Origin: Nitrospirota bacterium
Lineage (GTDB): Bacteria; Nitrospirota; UBA9217
Assembly: GCA_963741205.1 (NCBI GenBank)
Contig: CAVUHW010000031.1
Location: 64,001 to 128,000 of the forward strand
Length of the DNA: 64,000 nucleotides
Direction: 5' to 3'
A model generated the notes under the pieces. The model did no database searches. It worked only from the letters and a program-made list of their open reading frames with translations, and had not been told where the DNA came from. Of the stretch, positions 33,279 to 42,794 are shown one piece after another; within the stretch, counting starts at the first letter, position 1, and each line of letters starts with the position of its first letter. Both the position numbers and the translations under genes were made by a program.

Positions 33279-33653
33279 ACATTTCATTGCCTCACCCTTC
33301 GTCCTGTTTCTGAACAGACGTCAACCCTCCGGCGTAGGCCCCCACAACGCCGTTTTACTGCACCCACCCGTTTCGGGTAGTTCCCATCCATTTTAAATTA
33401 CCGTATCGCTTAGTGGCACATTGTCCGAAGATATTAATTTTACGTATGGAATTGAATACATCCCAGTGAAATAACCCTAATTTCTTTTTTAGCGATATTG
33501 CATTGCAACTATTCATAATTGTTCAGTTATAACCTCTGAAATTTCCTGTATCAGCCTTAAGTTGCAGGAAATATTGCTAATTAGACGTCACCGTCGCAGA
33601 TTGAAGAATCTTATTTTATTATTAAAATCAACATTATCGAAAACATAGCATGG

Positions 33654-33669
33654 TGGCACCAGTATTGCA
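33654..33669 (+). promoter_or_regulatory. Sigma-54 (-24/-12) promoter
   Basis: TGGCAC-CAGTA-TTGCA matches TGGCAC-N5-TTGCW exactly; about 255 nt upstream of the lipoprotein ATG. Confidence 0.75.
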
Positions 33670-33923
33670 CAATATTCTGCAATGGACTCTCAGAAACATA
33701 TCTAATTGATTGATCTTTAATATCTTAGACAGGAGCATAACTTTTATCTTGTGTTCATCGTATCGCTAGAGTTAAACTGTTATATTCTGTATTTTTATGC
33801 TTTATATTTCGTGATCCGGAGATAAAAGATTTTGTTAAGAATGAGCCCTGCAGCGAACGTCAAAAAAGGAAACGTTCAGCGCATCAAGCATAATAACTTC
33901 GGTTCGAATATTCGGAGGGCTGC

Positions 33924-36672
33924 ATGAAAAAAACTTGGCATTATCTGTTGACGGTGCCAATCATAATCGGGCTTGCAACATTGTTCAGCGCTTGCGGTGG
34001 TGGCGGTGGCGGCGGTGCTGTCAATGGTGGTGTTCCTGGCGGTGTCGGTGGAAATTCTGCTCCAACTATCATAACCGGGCGTGTCGTCGATGGGTTCGTT
34101 GCGGGAGCCACGGTAACTGCCTATCAAGTAAGTGCCGACGGAACCCAGGGGGCGCAAATCGGAGCACCCGTTACGACCGATCAACTTGGAAACTATTCCC
34201 TTAATCTGGGTACTTACACCGGGCCTGTCTATTTGACCAGCCAGGGAGGAACCTATATTGACGCGGCGACGGGAAATACGATCGATTTAACCAATTCTCC
34301 GCTGATATTATCTGCGATCGTGCCGAATGCCTCGGGAAATGTGACTGCCGAGATCAGTCCTTTGACCACCATGGCAGCTAATGTGGCATTGACCTTGACC
34401 AGCAAGGGGAGTGACGTGGCGACCGCGGCGACCGGCGCAAACGCGGCGATTTCGAATTATTTCGGACTTTCGAGCGATATTCTATCTACGGCATTACTGG
34501 ACCTGACCAGTGCTAATTGCATGCAAGGAGCCAGTCAACAAAGCGCGGATGTCAGCGCGATCCTCGCCGGGATCTCGCAATTGGCAAAGAACTACGGAGT
34601 GAGCCCGCCTGACCTCGTTGCCGCCCTCGTCCAGGATGTGACGTCTGATGGACTGTTCGACGGGTTGGCCAGCGGGGCAATCATTTCCGTGGTCTCATCC
34701 GTGACCGGTCAGATACCGTTATCCTTGATCGAAGGGCCTCCCGGGCTCACGGGATTGGCAAACGCAATTACCACCTTCATGACCACGGCTTCCTCCAACG
34801 TTTGCGGGGCGACGGTGGACCCGGGCGTTATCTCCGCTGTATCGACTGCGAACACGAACATATTTACGCCCCCGCCTGCGCCTACAGGAGTTCAGGCCAC
34901 ATCGAAATATGGAGCCGCCGCAGTCAGCTGGAATGCCGTGACGCTTGCGACATCCTATAATCTTTACATGGCAACGTCGCCCGGGGTCACGCCAACTTCG
35001 ACCCAGCTGCCGGGGTTCATGATCATCCGGAATGTGACCAGTCCATCCGTTTTTTCAATGGGCCTGGCGAGCGCTACCTATTATTTCGTAGTGACAGCGG
35101 TCAGCGGGACATCACCATTTGCAGGATACGAAAGTGCACCTTCGGCCGAAGCATCGACGACCGTCACCGCCAACACGCAGCTGGCTCGAACCTTGGCGGC
35201 AGGAAGTAATCAGTCATCATTCAGCAGCGTATCCGCAATAGCGGCTCAGTGTATGCCGCAGGAAGTATCGCTGGTACCGGCACCTATGACTTCGGCAACG
35301 GCCAAACTGCCACGGGAACGTTCGGTGGTTATAACAGTGCACTGGTGAAATACGACAGCGCCGGCGTTGCCCAATGGGCTCGAACCGTGACGGCAGGAAG
35401 TGATCAGTCATCATTCGAAAGCGTAGCAGCGGCACCAGACGGTTCGGCGGTATACGCCGCTGGATATATCACTGGAACAGGCACTTATAATTTCGGCAAC
35501 ACCGTAACCGTCACAGGGGCGTTCCAGAGGGACGTACAATAGCGATAACCTTGTACTGGTGAAATATGACAGCGCCGGCAATGCGCAGTGGGCTCAAACC
35601 GTGACAGGAACGGGAATTAATTACTCGGCATATAATAGCGTAGCCGTGGCATCAGATGGTTCGGTGTACGCTGCGGGATATATCGGAGCCGGCACCTATA
35701 ACTTCGGCAACAGCGTAACCGTCACAGGGATGAACATTGGCTTTAACATTGTACTGGTGAAATATGACAGCTCCGGCAACGCGCAGTGGGCAAAAACCGT
35801 GACGGCGGGAAATAATTATTCGTACTTCTACAGCGTAGCCGCGGCACCAGATGGCTCCGTGTACGCCGCGGGATTTATCGCTGGGTCCGGCCTCTATGGC
35901 TTCGGTAACAGCATTACCTCACAGGGGGCATCCAGCCTCTCCAATAACGCTGTACTGGTGAAATATGACAGCGCCGGCAATGCGCAGTGGGCTCAAACCG
36001 TGACGGCGGGAAGTGATGAGTCAATATTCTACAGCGTAGCCGCGGCATCGGACGGATCGGTGTACGCCGCAGGATATGTCACGGGAACGGGCACCTATAA
36101 TTTCGGAAACAGCAAAGCCGTCACTGGAGCGTTCACTGGCGATAATCTTGTGCTGGTGAAATATGACAGCTCCGGCAAGGCGCAGTGGGCTCAAACCGTG
36201 ACAAGGGGAGGCGGCTGCCTCACGGTTCTACAGCGTATCCGCGGCACCGGACGGTTCGGTGTACGCCGCCGGATATATCTCTGAAACCGGCACCTATAGC
36301 TTCGGCAACGGCGTGATCGCGGCAGGGACGTCTTTAAATTCCTTTGTCCTGGTGAAATATGACAGCACCGGTCTTGCGCAGTGGGCTCAGACCGCGGTGG
36401 GAGGAAATGACGACTCGATCTTCTATGGTGTATCCGTGGCACCGGACAACACGGTGTACGGCGCGGGATCTATCTCGGGAACCGGCGCCTATAACTTCGG
36501 CAACAATGTAACCGCCGCCGGGACGGGTCGGGGGCGACAACATCGTGCTGGTGAAATACAACGGCTTCGGGGGTATATCATTGTCCTGGTGAACTATTCT
36601 GCTAAAAGGAGGGTCGCCAAGGCGGCATATACTCCAACCACGCAGGATCTTCACTGTGTAATCTCTTGCTGA
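33924..36672 (+). CDS. Large surface lipoprotein: N-terminal domain, FN3, beta-propeller repeats; frameshifts; 3' end uncertain
   Basis: Lipobox LFSAC-GGGG; TGRVVDGFVAGATV; FN3 (APTGV...VSW...SYNLY...YYFVVTAV...ESAPS); repeated LVKYDSxGxAQWAQT. Confidence 0.82.
35180..36575 (+). repeat. Seven intragenic repeats of about 198 bp (beta-propeller blades)
   Basis: CTGGTGAAATA anchors at 35342, 35556, 35754, 35955, 36153, 36349 and 36548. Confidence 0.85.
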
Positions 36673-36713
36673 AATTTTACATTAGTACTACTTTAAAAAA
36701 AGGAGGATACGTC

Positions 36714-38170
36714 ATGTATCTTCAAAAATCACCTGTCTATGCTTCACTCTGTCTCTTGGCTCTGTGCATTGTATTAACGAGCTTTTTCTCAGCCTGCTCG
36801 AGTTCGGGGGGTAATGCGCAAGATCCCGGCAACGCCGTCAGCACCGGCAACTCAGGCGGCACGAACACCCTGCCCTCCGGCACGGGCGGCATCTCATTCC
36901 AAGTCGTCATGCAACCCAAGTCCGGTTCACAAGCACATAAACTTACACCTGCGTTCAACTCCTGCGTTGATAATGCGATCGGCACCATCACCGCAACCGT
37001 TTTAAGCGGCACCACAACCGTCACCAGCAACTCCTGGCCATGCTCCGCGCACCAGGGCACCATTCTCGGAGTCCCGGCCGGAACGAATTACACCTTGACG
37101 GTCAGTGGAATATCGTCCGGAACGACAATATGGAGCGGTCAGATCACGTCGCTCACCGTTAACACAGGCGGAATAACTAATGCTGGAACTATCACCATGA
37201 GTTACGTCGGCGCAGACACGACCGCCCCGACAGTGACTCTCATCGGCCCGAATTCAAACCCGGCAAGTACAACGAACGTTCCGGTCACCGATCGTTTAAA
37301 CATCGCCTTCAGCGAATCAATGGCTATTTCAACGGTCACTTCAACCAACATTACACTCAATAATGGCTCAGTTCCGGGAACCGTGAGCTATGATAGCGCG
37401 AGCAACACCGCCGCATTTATTCCCTCCTCACCCCTTTCGTACGATACTCAGTATGTCCTGCAGGTCACACCCTGCGTTGCGGGATCCTGCATTAAAGACA
37501 CGGCGGGCAACCAGCTTGCGGGCAGCTACACGAACACCATTACGACCGAGTCCACGCCCACCGGGACTGCTAACGCGCCTGCTGGGTTTGACGGCCAAAC
37601 CGGGCAACGGTCAGGTAACGTTGGACTGGCCCGCGGTGAACGGCGCCACATCGTACAACGTTTATTACGGCACCGCACCGGGGGTCACGACAACGACCGG
37701 CACGCCGCTCCTTGGTGTTCGAGCGCCCGCAATACACCTGGGTCTTACCAACGATACGACCTATTATTACATCGTCACCGCTGTCACCGACACTAACGGC
37801 GTCTTGGGAGAGTCTCCGGCCTCCGCTGAAACAAGCACGACCCCCACCGCCCCCACCGGGAATCCGTTGCCGCCCGCGAGCCTCGCGGTTACCTTTAACC
37901 CAGGCGTGTCCCTATACGGTTACCTGGCCCCCAGTCAGCGGCGCAACGTCATATAATCTTTACTGGTCTACGAGGGGCATTTACCCCGACCATACCGCAG
38001 CGGACAACGTGATACGCAATGTCGCCGGTGTTTCGGTTGTTCATTCGGGCGTTACGCCCGGGGTGACCTATTGCTACATTGTGACGGCTATGAATTCTGT
38101 CGGCGAAAGCGCCGATTCAATGCAGGTTTGCGGCCCCGGCGCCGGCTCCATTTCGATCGTTTGGCCGTAG
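36714..38170 (+). CDS. Ser/Thr-rich lipoprotein with an Ig-like (Big_5/SbsA-type) domain and two FN3 domains; frameshifts
   Basis: AGGAGG RBS; lipobox FFSAC; DTTAPTV...IAFSESM...IKDTAGN; FN3 motifs (SYNVYY, YYYIVTAV, YCYIVTAMNSVGES). Confidence 0.8.
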
Positions 38171-38188
38171 AACGGGACTACGCTTGAC

Positions 38189-38228
38189 AACCCGAAGGTC
38201 GCCGGTTCAAATCCGGCCTCCGCTGCCA
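38189..38228 (+). pseudogene. 3' half of a tRNA-fMet-like gene (att-like remnant)
   Basis: AACCCGAAGGTC-GCCGG-TTCAAAT-CCGGC-CTCCGCT-G-CCA: T-arm and CCA present; no matching 5' half upstream. Confidence 0.75.
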
Positions 38229-38237
38229 ACTAATTCT

Positions 38238-38271
38238 ATGGGTTACAGCATTCGCTGTAACCCATTTTTTT
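38238..38271 (+). terminator. Rho-independent terminator
   Basis: ATGGGTTACAGC-ATTC-GCTGTAACCCAT followed by a T run. Confidence 0.85.
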
Positions 38272-38544
38272 AAAGGACGGGATCAGGACAGCGATAACCC
38301 CTCCTGACTGTTCATAGACTCGGATCTCCCGTGGGCATTCTAAATGGAATCGCCGTGCCGTTTAACGATCAAATGGTGATTCATTAGCATCCTCGTGGGA
38401 GAAGAGAAGGGGACATGAATTGCGTTCCACGATATCAACGAGTTTTCCTCTTGACAAGCTTTCGTGATCTGATAAACTTAGAAAAGATTGTCTGGATTTG
38501 GCGTCTAAATCATAATAAAGGGAGGTAGTTCTATGCGTGGATCC

Positions 38545-38832
38545 ATGAAACATGCAACAATGCTTTTTCTTATGGTTTTTGCCCTGCTGGCCTTTGTCGG
38601 AGTGGCCCTCGCGGCGGAGATGTCCGGGGAAGTTACGGCAGTGGATCCTGTAAAAGGCCATCTCACATTTAAGACGGGAACCGTTGAAACGGGCTTCGAT
38701 TGCGAGAACGTTTCCATGATTAAAGATGTGAAGGTGGGTGATAAGGTAACTGTGGAATACACGGAGGTAGGCGGTAAAAAGAAAGCCACAAAAGTCTCCC
38801 CAATGAAAAAGAAACCCTCTGTCGGGTGTTGA
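38545..38832 (+). CDS. Small exported beta/OB-fold-like protein ending in Gly-Cys (alternative start at 38533)
   Basis: Signal peptide (ALA-A), GEVTAVD...VKVGDKVTVEY pattern, tail KKKPSVGC; upstream TTGACA-16 nt-TAAACT at 38451. Confidence 0.8.
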   Translation: MKHATMLFLMVFALLAFVGVALAAEMSGEVTAVDPVKGHLTFKTGTVETGFDCENVSMIKDVKVGDKVTVEYTEVGGKKKATKVSPMKKKPSVGC

Positions 38833-38861
38833 TATTTCCTGACAAAATTTCTTTGCTTGAT

Positions 38862-38893
38862 AAGGGATGCCTTGAGAGGGCATCCCTTTTTTA
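38862..38893 (+). terminator. Rho-independent terminator
   Basis: AAGGGATGCC-TTGAGAG-GGCATCCCTT followed by a T run. Confidence 0.85.
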
Positions 38894-39047
38894 TCGTATT
38901 GCCGCTGAGCGTGGCATCCTTTAGCTTTTAATCCGGTTTGTCCGGGCCAGACAACGGGATCACATTGGCGGCGTCGAAAAGCAGGTTATCCATGGTCGAC
39001 CCTGAAAGATACTCACGGATCATTCAGGCGTAACTGAGGGGGAGTTT

Positions 39048-39188
39048 ATGGGGAAAAAGGAGCCGAGGTACGAAAATAACCGAAGATCGGGCGACGACCG
39101 GCGCAAATTCAACGATCCAAAATATGAAGGTCCTGATCGCAGAAGGGGGACAGACAGAAGATTTTGGCTAGACCGCAGGTCTTCCTGA
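39048..39188 (+). CDS. 46-aa Arg-rich DRR-repeat micro-protein (too short for the ORF track)
   Basis: GGGGGAG RBS; MGKKEPRYENNRRSGDDRRKFNDPKYEGPDRRRGTDRRFWLDRRSS. Confidence 0.72.
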   Translation: MGKKEPRYENNRRSGDDRRKFNDPKYEGPDRRRGTDRRFWLDRRSS

Positions 39189-39597
39189 TCTCTTGGACAA
39201 ACGCTCCTCGAATCTTGGATGATGACTGAAGACCAGAAGTTACCCAGTGTTTTAACTTGCAATTCCCCGTCACGCCAAGATGGGACTGCGGGGGTAGTTC
39301 TTAGAAGCTTGCCGACCCTCCCCTTGATCCCCTCCCATCAAGGAAGGGGCTAAATATCGCTCTCCGTTTCGCAGACCCGCCCCGAAAATATCTTTTGCAA
39401 AATACCCATCGCTGTGCTAAAGTAATTTTTGAACTTCATGAAATTACGATGAATTTTTATGTGCTGCTGGCCTTCTGAACAGGATTCCGCGGTATGATGG
39501 CGTGGGTTTGAACGCACGGCGGCAGCGGAACTCTGCAGTGGTTTTCATTCCTCATAAGCGAACGCAAGAGGGACGGAAATCCGAGGAATAATTATTT

Positions 39598-39819
39598 ATG
39601 GACCCGATCATGTGTCCCTTTTGCGGGGGAACGAACCTCTTTCAGGAAGACGACTACAGCCTTGAGCTTGATTACGAATACTGGACCATCCACCACTGGG
39701 AATGCCTGGATTGCGCGCAGTCTTTCGACAAAATCGAGATGTCTTGCCCGCATCCAATTCCTTCGAGACGGTCAATAATGAAAGCACCATACACTGACGA
39801 GTGCGAAGACGAAGGATGA
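39598..39819 (+). CDS. Small acidic zinc-ribbon protein
   Basis: CPFC...WECLDC; GAGG RBS. Confidence 0.65.
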   Translation: MDPIMCPFCGGTNLFQEDDYSLELDYEYWTIHHWECLDCAQSFDKIEMSCPHPIPSRRSIMKAPYTDECEDEG

Positions 39820-39931
39820 GGGATGACGTGCGAAGTGCGATAAATTCGCAAGCACTAAACACAATAGCCATAAACTATAAACGATCAACAATCCGAAAGT
39901 ATCCATGATAAAGCATCAGTTGCATCCCGAT

Positions 39932-41115
39932 ATGCCGACGAAATCCATTGACAACCATGCCAGAACGCATTCTTCATCATCTGCTCCATCGGCGCCTGTT
40001 TCGAGCCGTCCGACAGCGGCGGTGATCGACCTCGGCGCCATCGAGCACAATTTCCGGGAGGCGACGCGCCGCGCCGAGGGGAGGCAAGGTCCTGGCGGTC
40101 GTCAAGGCGCAGGCCTACGGACACGGCGCGGTCCGCGTTTCCCGGCGTCTCCTGGCGCTCGGGGCCGGACATGCTCGGCGTGGCGCTGGTTGAAGAAGGG
40201 AAAAGAACTCCGCGACGCCGGCATCGAGGCGCCCATCCTGCTCATGGGGCCGATGTTTCCGGAACAGGCGGAGGCCGCGGCAAAGCTTAACCTGACGCCG
40301 GCGGTCTATTCGATGCCCGTCGCCCGCGCGCTTGTCGGAAGCCGCGCGGAAACTCGGGCGGAAGATTTCCGTCCACGCGAAGATCGATACCGGCATGGGA
40401 AGGATCGGCGTCACCCCCGAGGAGGCGCCCGGATTCATCTCGGCGCTGCGCGGACTTTCCGGCATCGAGGTGACGGGGCTGATGACCCATTTCGCCGACG
40501 CGGACCTGCGCGACAAGAGGTTCGCATCGGAGCAGATGGACCGCTTCGAGGCGCTGCTCCGGGAACTGGATGCGAAGGGCATCGACCTCCCGCTCCGTCA
40601 CGCCGCCAACAGCGCGGCGGTCCTCGACTTCCGGCGCGCGCTGTTCACCATGGTGAGGCCGGGACTGATGCTGTACGGGTACAACCCGCTCGAACAGCGC
40701 GGCGGAGGGCGCGGACCTCAGGCCGGCGCTGTCGTTCGTGACGCGCGTCGCATTCCTGAAAAAGGTGCCGGCCGGCGTTCCGATCAGCTACGGCAGGACC
40801 TTTGTCACGAAGCGGGAAAGCGTCATCGCCACGCTGCCGATCGGGTACGCCGACGGCTACAGCCGGGGCCTTTCGAACAAGGGTGAAGCGCTCGTGCGCG
40901 GAAGGCGGGCGCGCGTGGCGGGCAGGGTGTGCATGGACATGTGCATGATGGACGTGACGGACGTTCCCGGCGTCCGGGAAGGGGACGAGGTCGTCCTCAT
41001 CGGAAGCCAGTCCGGCGAACGCGTCACCGCGGACGAAATCGCGGTGAAGACCGGGACCATCCCCTATGAGGTGCTCTGTGGCATCGGCAGCCGGGTTCCA
41101 AGGATTTATCTATAG
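39932..41115 (+). CDS. alr: Alanine racemase; several frameshifts; start approximate
   Basis: [60 protein letters not shown]. Confidence 0.94.
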
Positions 41116-41116
41116 C

Positions 41117-41878
41117 GTGCTCGAAAAGGTGGGCCAGAAGACCTCGGGTGTCATCACCGAGGTGGGGGGCGTCCTGTTGTTCCTGGGACAAACGCTCCGC
41201 TGGTGCGTGACTCCGCCCTTTTATCTGAAGAACGTGCTGAAGCAGATGGAGGAGATCGGCTTCAATTCCGTCCCGGTCGTGCTCACGACGGCGCTCTCGA
41301 CCGGCATGGTCCTGGCGCTCCAAAGCTACACGGGGTTCAAGCGGTTCGGCGCCGAGACCCTGATCGGCACGGTCGTCTCGCTTTCCATGACGCGGGAACT
41401 CGGCCCCGTGCTCACGGGACTCATGGTCGCGGGCAGGGCGGGCGCGTCCATGGCCGCGGAACTCGGGACCATGCGCGTCACGGAGCAGATCGACGCGCTT
41501 ACGACGCTGGCGACCAATCCCATGAAGTACCTGGTAGTGCCGCGGTTCATCGCCAGCACCGTGATGATGTTCTTTCTCACCGCCCTCGGTATGATGATCG
41601 GCATCGTAGGCGGGTATTTCGTAGGGGTGAAGGTGCTCCGCACGAACCCGGTAACGTACATAAAAAACAGCGAAAACTTTACCGAGGTCACCGATATCTG
41701 GTACGGTCTGATTAAGGCGCTCGTGTTCGGCGCCGTCGTCGGGCTCATCGGCTGTTACAAGGGGTTTCATACCGAAGGCGGGGCGGAAGGAGTGGGAAAG
41801 GCCACGACCGGCGCCGTTGTGGTCTCGTGCATGCTGATCCTGATCCTGGACTATTTCCTGTCCGCGCTCTTGTGGTGA
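41117..41878 (+). CDS. mlaE: MlaE family ABC permease
   Basis: RELGPVL, AAELGTMRVTEQIDAL, GAEGVGKATT. Confidence 0.94.
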   Translation: MLEKVGQKTSGVITEVGGVLLFLGQTLRWCVTPPFYLKNVLKQMEEIGFNSVPVVLTTALSTGMVLALQSYTGFKRFGAETLIGTVVSLSMTRELGPVLTGLMVAGRAGASMAAELGTMRVTEQIDALTTLATNPMKYLVVPRFIASTVMMFFLTALGMMIGIVGGYFVGVKVLRTNPVTYIKNSENFTEVTDIWYGLIKALVFGAVVGLIGCYKGFHTEGGAEGVGKATTGAVVVSCMLILILDYFLSALLW

Positions 41879-41882
41879 CGCC

Positions 41883-42635
41883 ATGGCGATGATCGACGTC
41901 ATCGATTTGTACAAGAGCTTCGGCGGCAACCAGGTCCTGCGCGGCGTGAACCTTACCGTCGAGAAGGGCGAGAGCGTGACCGTGATCGGCGGCAGCGGCA
42001 GCGGCAAGAGCGTGTTGATCAAGCATATCATCGGCCTCCTGTTTCCGGACCTGGGGAGGGTGATCATCGAGGGCCAGGTGCTGAACGAACTCGATGAATA
42101 CGGCCTGAACGAGCTGCGGAAAAAGTTCGGCATGCTGTTTCAGATGGCCGCCCTTTTCGACTCGTTGTCGGTCTGGGAGAACGTCGGGTTCTCCCTCAAG
42201 CAGCACACGAAGCTGTCGGACCGGGAGATCAGGAAGATCGCGACCGAGAAACTGGCGCTCGTCGGCCTGAAGGACGTCGAGGACAAGATGCCGTCGGAGC
42301 TCTCCGGAGGCATGAAGAAGAGGGTGGGGTTGGCCCGCGCGATCGCCATGGACGCGGCCATCATCCTGTACGACGAGCCCACGACGGGCCTGGACCCGAT
42401 CACGGCCGACTCGATCAACGACCTGATCGTCGACCTCCGGCAAAAGCTCGGCGTGACGTCGGTCGCCATCACGCACGACATGCAGAGCGCCTACAAGATA
42501 TCGGACCGAATCGCCATGCTGTACAAGGGCGAGATCATCGAAACGGGCACGCCCGAAGAGATCAGGAACTCAACGAACCCCATCGTCCGCCAGTTCATCA
42601 CGGGCAGCGCGGTGGGGCCGATAACAGCGGAATAA
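41883..42635 (+). CDS. mlaF: MlaF family ABC ATPase
   Basis: GGSGSGKS, FQMAALFDS, ELSGGMKKRV, YDEPTTGLDP. Confidence 0.94.
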   Translation: MAMIDVIDLYKSFGGNQVLRGVNLTVEKGESVTVIGGSGSGKSVLIKHIIGLLFPDLGRVIIEGQVLNELDEYGLNELRKKFGMLFQMAALFDSLSVWENVGFSLKQHTKLSDREIRKIATEKLALVGLKDVEDKMPSELSGGMKKRVGLARAIAMDAAIILYDEPTTGLDPITADSINDLIVDLRQKLGVTSVAITHDMQSAYKISDRIAMLYKGEIIETGTPEEIRNSTNPIVRQFITGSAVGPITAE

Positions 42636-42648
42636 CGGACGACAGTCG

Positions 42649-42770
42649 TAACCACGGATGAACACGGTAAAGCGGGGAGAAACCCTGATAAACATTTAAG
42701 GACTTTTAATCGTCTGATATTCCCACGGTTTTATCGTTTCCGGCTCTTTTAGCAGTGTTAATCCGTGGTA
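42649..42770. repeat. Intergenic inverted element AACCACGGATGAACAC ... GTGTTAATCCGTGGT
   Basis: Complementary arms flank a central spacer between mlaF and mlaD. Confidence 0.6.
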
Positions 42771-42794
42771 ATTTCAGATTTTCGGAGACAGTTC

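Larger units (their letters stand above)
33380..38271. other. AT-richer accessory islet encoding two surface lipoproteins
   Basis: Visible compositional shift after cobD; different codon usage; tRNA 3' fragment and terminator at the right edge; no integrase. Confidence 0.6.

Noticed and set aside
35180-36575. Regularly spaced repeats as a CRISPR array
   Set aside because: Period is about 198 bp, the whole unit is homologous and protein-coding, and no cas genes are present
38153-38228. Intact tRNA (Val-GAC from TTGACAA, or Met)
   Set aside because: No 5' acceptor strand, D-arm or pairing anticodon stem; only the 3' half exists
38824-38870. Selenocysteine read-through of GGG-TGT-TGA
   Set aside because: No SECIS-like hairpin evident just after the TGA, and a terminator follows; not formally excluded
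38911-38928. Second sigma-54 promoter (TGGCATCCTTTAGC)
   Set aside because: GG-to-GC spacing is 9 nt rather than the required 10
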